A DNA stretch of 64,000 bases from NCBI GenBank assembly GCA_964016885.1, contig OZ024755.1:19406001-19470000 (forward strand), given 5' to 3'. Within the stretch, counting starts at the first letter, position 1. Every line of letters starts with the position of its first letter. Source of the stretch: Eledone cirrhosa (taxonomy: Eukaryota). The notes below the pieces were generated by a model that did not search any database, was not told the DNA's origin, and was given only the letters and a program-made list of their open reading frames with translations. A program made the position numbers and the translations under genes. This document shows, one piece after another, positions 1 through 13,284 of the stretch.

Positions 1-362
1 CACACACACATATAGACACACACACACACATATATATATACACACACACACACATATATATATAGACACACACACACACACATATATAGACACACACACA
101 CATATACAGACACACATATATATATATAGACACACACATATATATATAGACACACACACACACATATATATAGACACACACACACACACATATATATAGA
201 CACACACACACACACACATATATATAGACACACACACACAGTTAAAGAAGGTCGTGTGCTATGTGGGTTATATTTGGGAGCCATACTGTGAGAGAATGAG
301 GAAGTTTCATCTGGAGGTGTAAACTACTTTTCATGTTAATGTAATGGAGGATGGCAACAGGC

Positions 363-3300
363 AATCATTGTCATCATTGCTATAGTCATCATTGTCATTG
401 CTATAGTCATCATTGTCATTGCTATAGTCATCATTGTCATTGCTATAGTCATCATTGTCATTGCTATAGTCATCATTGTCATTGCTATAGTCATCATCAT
501 TGCTATAGTCATCATTGTCATTGCTATAGTCATCATCATTGCTATAGTCATCATTGTCATTGCTATAGTCATCATTGTCATTGCTATAGTCATCATTGTC
601 ATTGCTATAGTCATCATTGTCATTGCTATAGTCATCATTGTCATTGCTATAGTCATCATTGTCATTGCTATAGTCATCATTGTCATTGCTATAGTCATCA
701 TTGTCATTGCTATAGTCATCATTGTCATTGCTATAGTCATCATTGTCATTGCTATAGTCATCATTGTCATTGCTATAGTCATCATTGTCATTGCTATAGT
801 CATCATCATTGCTATAGTCATCATTGTCATTGCTATAGTCATCATCATTGCTATAGTCATCATTGTCATTGCTATAGTCATCATTGTCATTGCTATAGTC
901 ATCATTGTCATTGCTATAGTCATCATTGTCATTGCTATAGTCATCATCATTGCTATAGTCATCATTGTCATTGCTATAGTCATCATCATTGCTATAGTCA
1001 TCATTGTCATTGCTATAGTCATCATTGTCATTGCTATAGTCATCATTGTCATTGCTATAGTCATCATTGTCATTGCTATAGTCATCATCATTGCTATAGT
1101 CATCATTGTCATTGCTATAGTCATCATCATTGCTATAGTCATCATTGTCATTGCTATAGTCATCATTGTCATTGCTATAGTCATCATTGTCATTGCTATA
1201 GTCATCATTGTCATTGCTATAGTCATCATCATTGCTATAGTCATCATTGTCATTGCTATAGTCATCATCATTGCTATAGTCATCATTGTCATTGCTATAG
1301 TCATCATTGTCATTGCTATAGTCATCATTGTCATTGCTATAGTCATCATTGTCATTGCTATAGTCATCATTGTCATTGCTATAGTCATCATTGTCATTGC
1401 TATAGTCATCATTGTCATTGCTATAGTCATCATTGTCATTGCTATAGTCATCATCATTGCTATAGTCATCATTGTCATTGCTATAGTCATCATTGTCATT
1501 GCTATAGTCATCATTGTCATTGCTATAGTCATCATTGTCATTGCTATAGTCATCATTGTCATTGCTATAGTCATCATTGTCATTGCTATAGTCATCATTG
1601 TCATTGCTATAGTCATCATCATTGCTATAGTCATCATTGTCATTGCTATAGTCATCATTGTCATTGCTATAGTCATCATTGTCATTGCTATAGTCATCAT
1701 TGTCATTGCTATAGTCATCATTGTCATTGCTATAGTCATCATTGTCATTGCTATAGTCATCATCATTGCTATAGTCATCATTGTCATTGCTATAGTCATC
1801 ATTGTCATTGCTATAGTCATCATTGTCATTGCTATAGTCATCATTGTCATTGCTATAGTCATCATTGTCATTGCTATAGTCATCATCATTGCTATAGTCA
1901 TCATCATTGCTATAGTCATCATTGTCATTGCTATAGTCATCATTGTCATTGCTATAGTCATCATTGTCATTGCTATAGTCATCATTGTCATTGCTATAGT
2001 CATCATCATTGCTATAGTCATCATTGTCATTGCTATAGTCATCATCATCATTGCTATAGTCATCATTGTCATTGCTATAGTCATCATTGTCATTGCTATA
2101 GTCATCATTGTCATTGCTATAGTCATCATTGTCATTGCTATAGTCATCATTGTCATTGCTATAGTCATCATTGTCATTGCTATAGTCATCATTGTCATTG
2201 CTATAGTCATCATTGTCATTGCTATAGTCATCATCATTGCTATAGTCATCATTGTCATTGCTATAGTCATCATTGTCATTGCTATAGTCATCATTGTCAT
2301 TGCTATAGTCATCATTGTCATTGCTATAGTCATCATTGTCATTGCTATAGTCATCATTGTCATTGCTATAGTCATCATTGTCATTGCTATAGTCATCATT
2401 GTCATTGCTATAGTCATCATTGTCATTGCTATAGTCATCATTGTCATTGCTATAGTCATCATCATTGCTATAGTCATCATTGTCATTGCTATAGTCATCA
2501 TTGTCATTGCTATAGTCATCATTGTCATTGCTATAGTCATCATTGTCATTGCTATAGTCATCATTGTCATTGCTATAGTCATCATTGTCATTGCTATAGT
2601 CATCATTGTCATTGCTATAGTCATCATTGTCATTGCTATAGTCATCATTGTCATTGCTATAGTCATCATTGTCATTGCTATAGTCATCATTGTCATTGCT
2701 ATAGTCATCATTGTCATTGCTATAGTCATCATTGTCATTGCTATAGTCATCATTGTCATTGCTATAGTCATCATTGTCATTGCTATAGTCATCATTGTCA
2801 TTGCTATAGTCATCATTGTCATTGCTATAGTCATCATTGTCATTGCTATAGTCATCATTGTCATTGCTATAGTCATCATTGTCATTGCTATAGTCATCAT
2901 TGTCATTGCTATAGTCATCATTGTCATTGCTATAGTCATCATCATTGCTATAGTCATCATTGTCATTGCTATAGTCATCATCATTGCTATAGTCATCATT
3001 GTCATTGCTATAGTCATCATTGTCATTGCTATAGTCATCATTGTCATTGCTATAGTCATCATTGTCATTGCTATAGTCATCATTGTCATTGCTATAGTCA
3101 TCATTGTCATTGCTATAGTCATCATTGTCATTGCTATAGTCATCATTGTCATTGCTATAGTCATCATCATTGCTATAGTCATCATTGTCATTGCTATAGT
3201 CATCATTGTCATTGCTATAGTCATCATTGTCATTGCTATAGTCATCATTGTCATTGCTATAGTCATCATTGTCATTGCTATAGTCATCATTGTCATTGCT

Positions 3301-4592
3301 ATAGTCATCATTGTCATTGCTATAGTCATCATTGTCATTGCTATAGTCATCATTGTCATTGCTATAGTCATCATCATCATCATCATTGCCATAGTCATCA
3401 TCATCATCATCATTGCCATAGTCATCATCATCATCATCATTGCTATAGTCATCATCATCATCATCATTGCCATAGTCATCATCATCATCATCATTGCCAT
3501 AGTCATCATCATCATCATCATTGCCATAGTCATCATCATCATCATCATTGCTATAGTCATCATCATCATCATCATCATCATTGCTATAGTCATCATCATC
3601 ATCATCATTGCTATAGTCATCATCATCATCATCATCATTGCTATAGTCATCATCATCATCATCATCATTGCTATAGTCATCATCATTGCCATAGTCATCA
3701 TCATCATCATTGCCATAGTTATCATCATCATCATCATTGCTATAGTCATCATCATCATCATTGCTATAGTCATCATCATCATCATCATCATCATTGCTAT
3801 AGTCATCATCATTGCCATAGTCATCATCATCATCATTGCCATAGTCATCATCATCATCATCATTGCCATAGTCATCATCATCATCATCATTGCCTTAGTC
3901 ATCATCATCATCATCATTACCATAGTCATCATCATCATCATTGCCATCATTGCCATAGTCATCATCTTCATCATTGCCATAGTCATCTTCATCATTGCCA
4001 TAGTCATCATCATCATCATTGCCGTAGTCATCATCATTGCCATAGTCATCATCTTCATCATTGCCATAGTCATCATCATCATCATCATTGCCATAGTCAT
4101 CATCATCATTGCCATAGTCATCATCATCATTGCCATAGTCATCATCATCATCATTGCCGTAGTCATCATCATCATCATTGCCATAGTCATCATCATCATC
4201 ATCATTGCCATAGTCATCATCATCATCATTGCCATAGTCATCATCATCATCATTGCCATAGTCATCATCATCATCATCATTGCCATAGTCATCATCATCA
4301 TCATTGCCATAGTCATCATCATCATCATTGCCATAGTCATCATCATCATCATCATTGCCTTAGTCATCATCATCATCATCATTACCATAGTCATCATCAT
4401 CATCATCATTGCCATCATTGCCATAGTCATCATCTTCATCATTGCCGTAGTCATCATCATTGCCATAGTCATCATCATCATCATTGCCATAGTAGTCATC
4501 ATCATCATCATTGCCATAGTCATCATCATCATCATCATCATCCACATCATCATCATCATCATCATCCACATCATCATCATCATCATCATCAT
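363..4592. repeat. CAT-derived minisatellite: 21-bp unit CATCATTGTCATTGCTATAGT with 18-bp variants, grading into GC(C/T)ATAGT(CAT)n
   Basis: Direct reading; explains the 1430-aa and 1498-aa pseudo-ORFs. Confidence 0.97.
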
Positions 4593-5355
4593 TTTAACAT
4601 CTGCATTGGATGGGTCTACATAGACCAAGTCAATACAGAAGTGGGGGCTACTGCCCCCCCCCCCCCCCCCTCACCAGATAGGCCAGGGATCTGCGTCTCA
4701 CTCACCTATGGTCTCACAGCAGAGGCTCTCATGTCCTTCACACAACTGAGGGTTCCCCAACCCTTTGTTTGGCAAGCTTTCTATGGCTGCATGCCCTTCC
4801 TATCACCAACCACTTTACAGAGTGTACTGGGTGTGTTTATCATGTAGATCATGAACATTTGAGAGATTGTTATATGCCTGAAATGACTGAGGGGCCCTCC
4901 CAGCCCTTTATAGCATTGGCATTTAACATGGAGTCTATTTCCATCTCTCATTTCACCCAGTCATTTTGATCCTTCCACAACACATGACCCAACCATCTCA
5001 GTCCATTTCTCTTCACAACATTCATCACTGGCTCTAGTTGTAGTAGTAAACACAAGCACACACACACACGCACAAATATATATACACACACACACACACA
5101 TACATACATACATACATATACACTTCTATCCAGCGAATGTCTAAATTACAATGAAAGAAGCTTGCTTCTGTGTTAGAAATTAGCTCTTTCTCCATTAGTT
5201 ACACACACACACACAGTGGAGAATTTTGGCTGCCTCACGCGTCTCAAGATGTGGGAGCTTTTAAGCCTAAGAATAAGTCCTAGAGACGATAGGGATGTCT
5301 TTTTAGCCATGTGTCTATTATGTAAGTACTCCCTGATAAATCTGGCTCTTACTTC

Positions 5356-5470
5356 AACTCTTAACATCCAATAATGATTTAGCAGAAAATACCTAAAAAC
5401 AGGTTTGTTAATTCAAATGTTTGTAGTATCTTTACTAGTGGACAGATTCTTGTGAACATTTTCAGTATTA
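5356..5470. mobile_element. Partial copy of the TTAA MITE at 8019-8247, in inverted orientation
   Basis: AACTCTTAACATCC...GATTTAGCAGAAAATA...CTTTACTAGTGGACAGATT is the diverged reverse complement of about 8135-8247. Confidence 0.7.
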
Positions 5471-5680
5471 ACTCTTAATATCTTGTATGTATCATTGTAA
5501 AAAATTGCAGTATTAGATTAACCTGTTGACTGCTCTGTATATTTTACACAGCTACAGTTGCAGTGCCGGTTTTTTTTTCCGGTAAAATTACTATTTTTTT
5601 AAACAAACATTTATCAACAACAAATAAATGAATGATTGATTGACAAATGTCACATCAATAAACTAATAATCCCATCTAGC

Positions 5681-6018
5681 TTTGAAGTTATGAACTGTTG
5701 GAAACAATTACATAACTTTGAAGTTATGAACTGTTGGAAACAATTTCATAACTTTGAAGTTATGAACTGTTGGAAACAATTTCATAACTTTGAAGTTATG
5801 AACTGTTGGAAACAATTTCATAATTTTGAAGTTATGAACTATTGGAAACAATTTCATAACTTATGAACTGTTGGAAACAGTTTCATAACTTTGAAGTTAT
5901 GAACTGTTGGAAACAATTTCATAATTTTGAAGTTATGAACTGTTGGAAACAATTTCATAATTTTGAAGTTATGAACTATTGGAAACAATTTCATAACTTT
6001 GAAGTGATGAACTGTTGG
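5681..6018. repeat. 36-bp minisatellite (about 9 copies), TTTGAAGTTATGAACTGTTGGAAACAATTTCATAAC
   Basis: Direct reading; each unit has an internal inverted repeat GTTATGAA/TTCATAAC. Confidence 0.95.
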
Positions 6019-6273
6019 ACGAGTTATCTCGTCTGTGGCACTGGAATGCACTCATGTTTTGACAAGTTATCTTGCCTACAGAACTGAAGAGGTTAAACAC
6101 TTCAATTTTTAATGCAATGCACTCATAATGATGATTTGTGCTTTTCAACAATGTCTTGCTAATATGGGTTCATATGGTTCAGGACATTAAGAATCAAATA
6201 AAACAAAATGTACACCGATTTGCTACAAATATAAAAAAAACAAAAACAAAAAAAAAACAACAGAAAAACTTAC

Positions 6274-6388
6274 ACGGAGTCGCAAGAATCATAGCAGTCA
6301 CAATAAGAGCACATACAATGAGGATAACAAGAAGTGCAATCCCAATTCCACGCCAGTTCCGCTGATTCTGGGCATCTCCAACCAGTTC
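6274..6388 (-). CDS. DPP10: Internal coding exon of a DPP6/DPP10-like (dipeptidyl peptidase-like, Kv4 accessory subunit) gene: juxtamembrane and transmembrane segment
   Basis: Minus strand reads tattgtcttcag|GAA CTG GTT...ACT CCG T|gtaagt (115 bp, phase 0 to phase 1), translating to [38 protein letters not shown]. This matches the DPP6/DPP10 signature EL......QRNW(K/R)GI.IALLVIL..C.LI....IL.TP. Invertebrate co-orthologue, so DPP6 versus DPP10 is not resolvable. Confidence 0.9.
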
Positions 6389-6451
6389 CTGAAGACAATA
6401 GAAAACAATAACAATAATTATAGCAGTTGTCACAACAGTAGTATCATAGCA

Positions 6452-6648
6452 ATAATAATTGTTTCTACTTTTGGCACAAGGCCAGCAATTATCCCAGTGT
6501 ATTACTGGTACTTTATTTTATCGACCCCGTAAGGATGAAAGGCAAAGTTAACCTCGGCGGGATTTGAACTCAGAATGACAAGGGCCATAACTCTATGCAT
6601 CAAAGCATGGCGTCCGACCCTCTATCGATACTGCCAATCCACCGCCCT
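6452..6648 (-). mobile_element. SINE family B copy (about 190 bp, tRNA-like head, (AAT)n tail)
   Basis: Consensus GGCGG..TTGGCAGTATCG.TAGAGGGTCGG...GAGTTCAAATCCCGCCGAGGTTAACTTTGCCTTTCATCC...GGCCTTGTGCCAAAAGTAGAAACAATT. Other copies at about 7040-7250(-), 9417-9608(+), 23410-23595(+), 25195-25375(+), 29140-29545 (two, -), 30742-30890(+), 35636-35775(+), 37550-37933 (two, +), 47073-47258(-), and decayed ones near 55750 and 57390. Confidence 0.88.
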
Positions 6649-6843
6649 ATAATATAATATAATAACAATAATAATAATAGATAATAACAATATTATTAAT
6701 CATAATAATAATAATAATAATAATAAAATATGATTTGTAGTGTTTATGGAAGTGTTTATGTTTATAAAAGTAGTAGTAACAGTAGTAGTAGTAGTAGTTG
6801 TTACTAGTACTGTAACAAATAGTAATAGTACTAGTAACAACAT

Positions 6844-6893
<50 letters not shown>

Positions 6894-7309
6894 TTTCATT
6901 TATTAGCCACACGGGCCAACATGTAGGGGACAATACAAAGACAGGGACAGTGGGAGGTTTACAGTAAGGTCGAGTAAAAGTACACAATGGCAAGATTAAT
7001 TTAACAATGAAGATATACAAATATAAAATAATAATAATAATAATGGTTTCTGATTGAGGCTCAGGGTCAACAATTTTCGGGGAGAGGAAAGTTGATTAAA
7101 TTACCCCCAGTGTATTACTGATATACTTGATTTTATTGACCCTGTTAGGATGAAGGGTAAAACTCACCTTGGTAGAGTTTGAACTCAGAATGAAGGGGAT
7201 CAAAACTATATGCCACAAAGCATTTGGTTGAACACTCTAGTGATACCGCCAACAACAATAACAACAACAACAACAACAACACCAAAGACACCAACAATAA
7301 TAAGAGGGT

Positions 7310-7720
7310 AAGTATCACCATGATCATGTATCTAGGGCACTACACTAGGATAACTTGTGACGATGGACGTTTGAATTGAGTGGCAAATGGTGTCAACACC
7401 AAGCAGAGTTGCTTCAGTGTTGCTGAAGATGACTGATGGAAGGTACAATACAAACAGACCAAGAAATACAGGATAGAAGACCTGACATAGTTATTACAGA
7501 CAAGTGTCAAAAATATGTATAATTAATGACATAGCCATTCTTGCTGAAAAATGTGACAAACAAGGAGCAAGAAGAGATTGAATTAGTACTAGGAACTTGC
7601 TAAGGAAAGAAGGAGAATGTGGAATATCTCTATAAAAGTAACCCCTGTTGTTATTGTTGGCATTAGGGACTATTACCAACAGAATAGAAAGATTCCTGAA
7701 AGCACAAAAAATAAGAGCTG
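7310..7720 (+). pseudogene. Decayed fragment of an R4/Dong-type non-LTR retrotransposon (C-terminal restriction-like endonuclease region)
   Basis: Manual translation across stops and frameshifts gives HDHVSRALH*...KWCQHQAE...IQTDQEIQDRRPDIVITDK...IINDIAI...VTPVV...ALGTI, matching the RHD / KW.H / RPD...D / P...GALG motif order of REL LINEs. Confidence 0.65.
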
Positions 7721-8018
7721 TTAAATGGGCAGATGAACACCTTAGAGTCAACGGCCATCCACCCCAACTATGGGTTAAATAATAACCATCCAGCAATGGG
7801 TCAAGTGTGGGGAGTATGGCTACACCTCTGAAGAGATGACAAAAATCAATTAGAAAGTGATGTAGGTCAACCAGAGGAGGGTTACTCGAACAGGAGTGAG
7901 AAGGTTTTGTATTGGATTGGATTGGATTGGATTGAAACAACTTGTAGGAGCACATCCGTGTGGAGAAAAAGAATGAATTTATAGGTATGCCAACTTATAT
8001 GAATGATTTCTTTTTGGG

Positions 8019-8247
8019 TTAACTCTCAACATCCTGTACAGCCCGAAGCTGCATAAGGAAAACTTAAGGAAAACATACTGAAAAATATAAAACAACACTG
8101 ATTGTATCACATTAAAAACGAAAGTCTTTAATTTATTGCTAATTTTCATAACAATCTGTCTACTAGTAAAGACACTATAAACGTTTGTATTAACGAAATC
8201 ATTTCTAGATATTTTCTGCTAAATCATTACAGGATGTTAAGAGTTAA
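8019..8247. mobile_element. TTAA-flanked MITE (piggyBac-like)
   Basis: Ends TTAACTCTCAACATCCTGTA ... TACAGGATGTTAAGAGTTAA. Confidence 0.65.
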
Positions 8248-8461
8248 CCCTTTAGCATTCACATTACTCTATATATACTATTATATTTTCATACTAAAGG
8301 CTTTACCTCGCATAATTATCTCACATAATATCGAATCTATGAGATTTTGAAAGTATTTATTTTGAGAACAATACCTTAACATCAGTTTGAGTGACCAGTT
8401 ACAGCCAGTTTCAACAGAAAAAGGTAGAGAATTCTGGCCGGTTTTAACATTAAAGGGTTAA
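8244..8461. mobile_element. Second TTAA-flanked MITE (piggyBac-like), sharing a TTAA with the previous element
   Basis: Ends TTAACCCTTTA ... TAAAGGGTTAA. Confidence 0.6.
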
Positions 8462-9013
8462 ACCATTTTTTTCATATGAAGTATCAGAGACTATGAGTTG
8501 GCAAAGGTTTTCCCTATCCTGTAAAATGGCAGAAGCAGTAGAAATAGTGGTAACAGCAATAGCAGAGGTAATTGTAAAGCAGTAGTAGTAGGAACAGTAG
8601 TATTAGTTAATGGGTATATCAAAAGGAGTAATTATAGTATTGACAGTAGCAAGAGTAACAATGGTAATTATAAACCATTGATAGTAATAATAGCAGTAAT
8701 TTACTTTCAGCCGTAAGGGTAACAGAAACAAATGATGACAGTAGATCATTTGAAATAGGACACAAAATGGGGAGTTTTATGTTTCAAAGATATTGATGAT
8801 GATAATGTATCATCATCATCATCACCGTTTTACGTCCGTTCTTCCACGCTAGCATAGGTTAGACAGGTTGTCCTGTTGTGGGCAGTGTCTGGTCGGCTGA
8901 CCATGCCTTGCTCATACAGGAACTGATCTGGCTTGATTTCTACAGCTGGATGCCCTTCCTCACACCAACCTCATTTACATTGAGTGCTGGGTGCTTTTTC
9001 GTGGCGCCTACCC

Positions 9014-9061
<48 letters not shown>

Positions 9062-9992
9062 TTGCTCTCATATATAATAAGAATTATATGTTTGTCTGTA
9101 TATGTATATTTGAAAAATTCAGATCTAGCTGTAGAAATAGCAGGAGCTCAGCTGTCGGGGTCTCAAATTTTTCATATTACCCACTCTACTACCCCAAGTA
9201 TCGAGAATTCTGGTAAGTAATGGTCTAACTGTTTTTTACCGCTTCCAAATGATGATGATGATGATATATATATATATATTAGAAAAGGGAAATAAGGTTC
9301 TATACAAAACAGTGGATATAGAGAAAAGGTGAAGTTGGAAATAGCACGGAAAATATATTTAAGGGTCTGTTTTTCTTTTTTTATCCTTTCTTTGATTCAT
9401 CAAAGTGACATTATTCTAGGGCGGTGAATTGGCAGTATCGGTAGAGGGTCGGACACCATGCTTTCCAGCATAGTTACGTCCCTTCATGGTCTGAGTCCAA
9501 ATCCCGTCGAGGTTAACTTTGCCTTTCATCCTTACCGGGCCGATAAAATAAAGTACCAGTAATGCACTGGGGTATTTGCTGGCCTTATGCCAATAGTAGA
9601 AACAATTAGTGAAAAGATGCACACACGCATGTGTGTATATATACACCCTCACACTATATATATATATATGGCATTTATCCAAAATGGCTGACTAAATACA
9701 CATGTGCTTTCTGCTTGTGAAAAAATTTGTTTTCCATATCTTCCTTTTTTTACTCTTGTCTATCTTTCTATCTCTTCTTCTGTCTGATGAATCACTAACA
9801 CCCTAAATGTTAAGCTTTTATCCTACTATATCAAACGTGGGCCATATTATATATACTGGGGGCCATATTATATCTATAGAGGAGGCTATATTATATATAT
9901 TCTGAGGGCCATATTATATATATATACAGGAAACCATATTATATATTTTCTGGGGGCCATATTGTATATATATATATATATACATATACTGG

Positions 9993-10049
<57 letters not shown>

Positions 10050-10076
10050 CTGGGGGTCATGTTATATATATACTGG

Positions 10077-10149
<73 letters not shown>

Positions 10150-10151
<2 letters not shown>

Positions 10152-10489
10152 ATGGCTTAGTGGTTAGAGCATTGGCCTTGCAATCAAAAGGTTGTGAGTT
10201 CAATTCTCAGACCGGGTGATGTGTTGTGTCCTTGAGCAAGACACTTTATTTCACATTGCTCCAGTTTACTCAGCTGTAGAAATGAGATGATAGGGACTGG
10301 GGTCCCAATCATTCCACTGTAAAGTGGTCGTGGAGGTGCCACAGCAAAAAAGCACTCAGCACTCACTGTAAATGAGGTTGGTGTTAGGAAGGGCATCCAG
10401 CTGTAGAAATCAAGCCAGAATCAGTTCCCGTCCCACCCTTGCAAGCAGGGAAAAGCGGAAGTAAAATGAAATGAATGAATGAATGAATA
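10150..10489 (+). mobile_element. SINE family A (about 330 bp): tRNA-derived head, conserved central domain, RTE-LINE-like 3' tail
   Basis: A box TGGCTTAGTGG, B box GTTCAATTC, central TGTGTCCTTGAGCAAGACACTTTATTTCAC, tail CCCACCCTTGCAAGCAGGGAAAAGCGG. Near-identical copies are listed below. Confidence 0.92.
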
Positions 10490-10595
10490 TATATACTAGA
10501 GGCCATATTAGCTCAAATTTTAATAAAATCTAAATACAAACTTAATGCAACAAACAATATTCAGGTTCAATGGCATCCTTGATCCTGCTATCTTG

Positions 10596-11895
10596 AACTA
10601 GGTATATTGTGTGATGTGACCAACTAGATATATTGTGTGATGTGACCAACTAGATATATTGTGTGATGTGACCAACTAGATATATTGTGTGATGTGACCA
10701 ACTAGATATATTGTGTGATGTGACCAACTAGATATATTGTGTGATGTGACCAACTAGATATATTGTGTGATGTGACCAACTAGATATATTGTGTGATGTG
10801 ACCAACTAGATATATTGTGTGATGTGACCAACTAGATATGTTGTGTGATGTGACCAACTAGATATATTGTGTGATGTGACCAACTAGATATATTGTGTGA
10901 TGTGACCAACTAGATATATTGTGTGATGTGACCAACTAGATATATTGTGTGATGTGACCAACTAGATATGTTGTGTGATGTGACCAACTAGATATATTGT
11001 GTGATGTGACCAACTAGATATATTGTGTGATGTGACCAACTAGATATATTGTGTGATGTGACCAACTAGATATGTTGTGTGATGTGACCAACTAGATATA
11101 TTGTGTGATGTGACCAACTAGATATATTGTGTGATGTGACCAACTAGATATATTGTGTGATGTGAGCAACTAGATATATTGTGTGATGTGACCAACTAGA
11201 TATATTGTGTGATGTGACCAACTAGATATATTGTGTGATGTGACCAACTAGATATATTGTGTGATGTGAGCAACTAGATATATTGTGTGATGTGACCAAC
11301 TAGATATATTGTGTGATGTGACCAACTAGATGTGTTTTGTGGTCAACTAGATATGTTGTGTGGTCAACTAGATATGTTGTGTGGTCAACTAGATAAGTTG
11401 TGTGGTCAACTAGATATATTGTGTGATGTGACCAACTAGATATATTGTGTGGTCAACTAGATATGTTGTGTGGTCAACTAGATAAGTTGTGTAGTCAACT
11501 AGATATATTGTGTGATGTGACCAACTAGATATGTTGTGTGGTGAACTAGATATGTTGTGTAGTCAACTAGATATATTGTGTGATGTGACCAACTAGATAT
11601 CTTGTGTGGTGAACTAGATATGTTGTGTGGTGAACTAGATATGTTGTGTGGTGAACTAGATATGTTGTGTAGTCAACTAGATATGTTGTGTAGTCAACTA
11701 GATATATTGTGTGGTCAACTAGATATGTTGTGTAGTCAACTAGATATGTTGTGTGGTCAACTAGATATGTTGTGTAGTCAACTAGATATGTTGTGTAGTC
11801 AACTAGATATGTTGTGTAGTCAACTAGATATGTTGTGTAGTCAACTAGATATGTTGTGTAGTCAACTAGATATGTTGTGTGGTGAACTAGATATG
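10596..11895. repeat. Minisatellite: 26-bp unit CAACTAGATATATTGTGTGATGTGAC switching to 21-bp CAACTAGATATGTTGTGT(G/A)GT
   Basis: Direct reading. Confidence 0.95.
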
Positions 11896-12720
11896 TTGTG
11901 GAGGTGCAATATAGCAGTATGGAGATGTACTTGTGGAGGTGCAGTGTAGCAGTATGGAGATGCACTTGTGGAGGTGCAGTATAGCAGTATGGAGATGCAC
12001 TTGTGGAGGTGCAGTATAGCAGTATGGAGATGCACTTGTGGAGGTGCAGTATAGCAGTATGGAGATGCACTTGTGGAGGTGCAGTATAGCAGTATGGAGA
12101 TGCACTTGTGGAGGTGCAGTATAGCAGTATGGAGATGCACTTGTGGAGGTGCAGTATAGAAGTATGGAGATGCACTTGTGGAGGTGCAGTATAGCAGTAT
12201 GGAGATGCACTTGTGGAGGTGCAGTATAGCAGTATGGAGATGCACTTGTGGAGGTGCAGTATAGCAGTATGGAGATGCACTTGTGGAGGTGCAGTATAGA
12301 AGTATGGAGATGCACTTGTGGAGGTGCAGTATAGAAGTATGGAGATGCACTTGTGGAGGTGCAGTATAGCAGTATGGAGATGCACTTGTAGAGGTGCAGT
12401 ATAGCAGTATGGAGATGCACTTGTGGAGGTGCAGTATAGCAGTATGGAGATGCACTTGTGGAGGTGCAGTATAGAAGTATGGAGATGCACTTGTGGAGGT
12501 GCAGTATAGAAGTATGGAGATGCACTTGTGGAGGTGCAGTATAGCAGTATGGAGATGCACTTGTGGAGGTGTGGTATAGCAGTATGGAGATGCACTTGTG
12601 GAGGTGTGGTATAGAAGTATGGAGATGCACTTGTGGAGGTGTGGTATAGCAGTATGGAGATGCACTTGTGGAGGTGTGGTATAGAAGTATGGAGATGCAC
12701 TTGTGGAGGTGTGGTATAGC
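11896..12720. repeat. 35-bp minisatellite TTGTGGAGGTGCAGTATAGCAGTATGGAGATGCAC (about 23 copies)
   Basis: Direct reading. Confidence 0.95.
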
Positions 12721-13284
12721 CCTAGATTAACCGGTAATCAGAATATGCATGTACTTAGAACCTCAAATAAAGAGGGACACTATAGAGGATTTTTTGTTTG
12801 CAGTGCCAGACTACAATGGGCCATGATGCAATGTTACAGGTAACACTGGGCCAGACCCATAAACAGATGTTGCCCTACAATGTTAGGGCCTCTAAAGATC
12901 TTAATGTAGCCCTGGTACAGAAGAAACTTACATGAAATTGTTCTAAATGTGATAGCCATAATTATGATGTATGTTATTGACTAATGCATTGTCAAATAGA
13001 TTAAAAGCTTTTGAGAATATCATGGACTAAATATAAAACCAATGATGAAATAGCAAAAATGGTAAAAACTAAGAAAATTTTATGAGACACCATCAAAGAG
13101 AGAAAACTGATAGAATTTGGACATTTAATTAGAAAAAATGGTTCACAGAGACTATTTATAGAAAGGAAACCAAATGGGAAGAGAGGGAGAGAGAAAAAAA
13201 CTAGATTTAGTGGATGAATATTATCAGGAACTGAACAGGCTTAAAAATACAGTGAATACATAAGGACAGAACTAGAAATATTGA

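Noticed and set aside
336-4847. 1430-aa Met-rich and 1498-aa His/Cys-rich ORFs (apparent metal-binding protein)
   Set aside because: Open frames on both strands arise from a stop-free CAT-based satellite with unit lengths divisible by 3. There is no unique domain, and the array lies in a predicted intron.
5681-6018. CRISPR-like 36-bp palindromic repeats
   Set aside because: Units are head-to-tail with no unique spacers, there are no cas genes, and the context is eukaryotic.
10150-10225. tRNA gene
   Set aside because: A/B boxes are present, but they are the head of a multi-copy SINE continuing into core and LINE-like tail.
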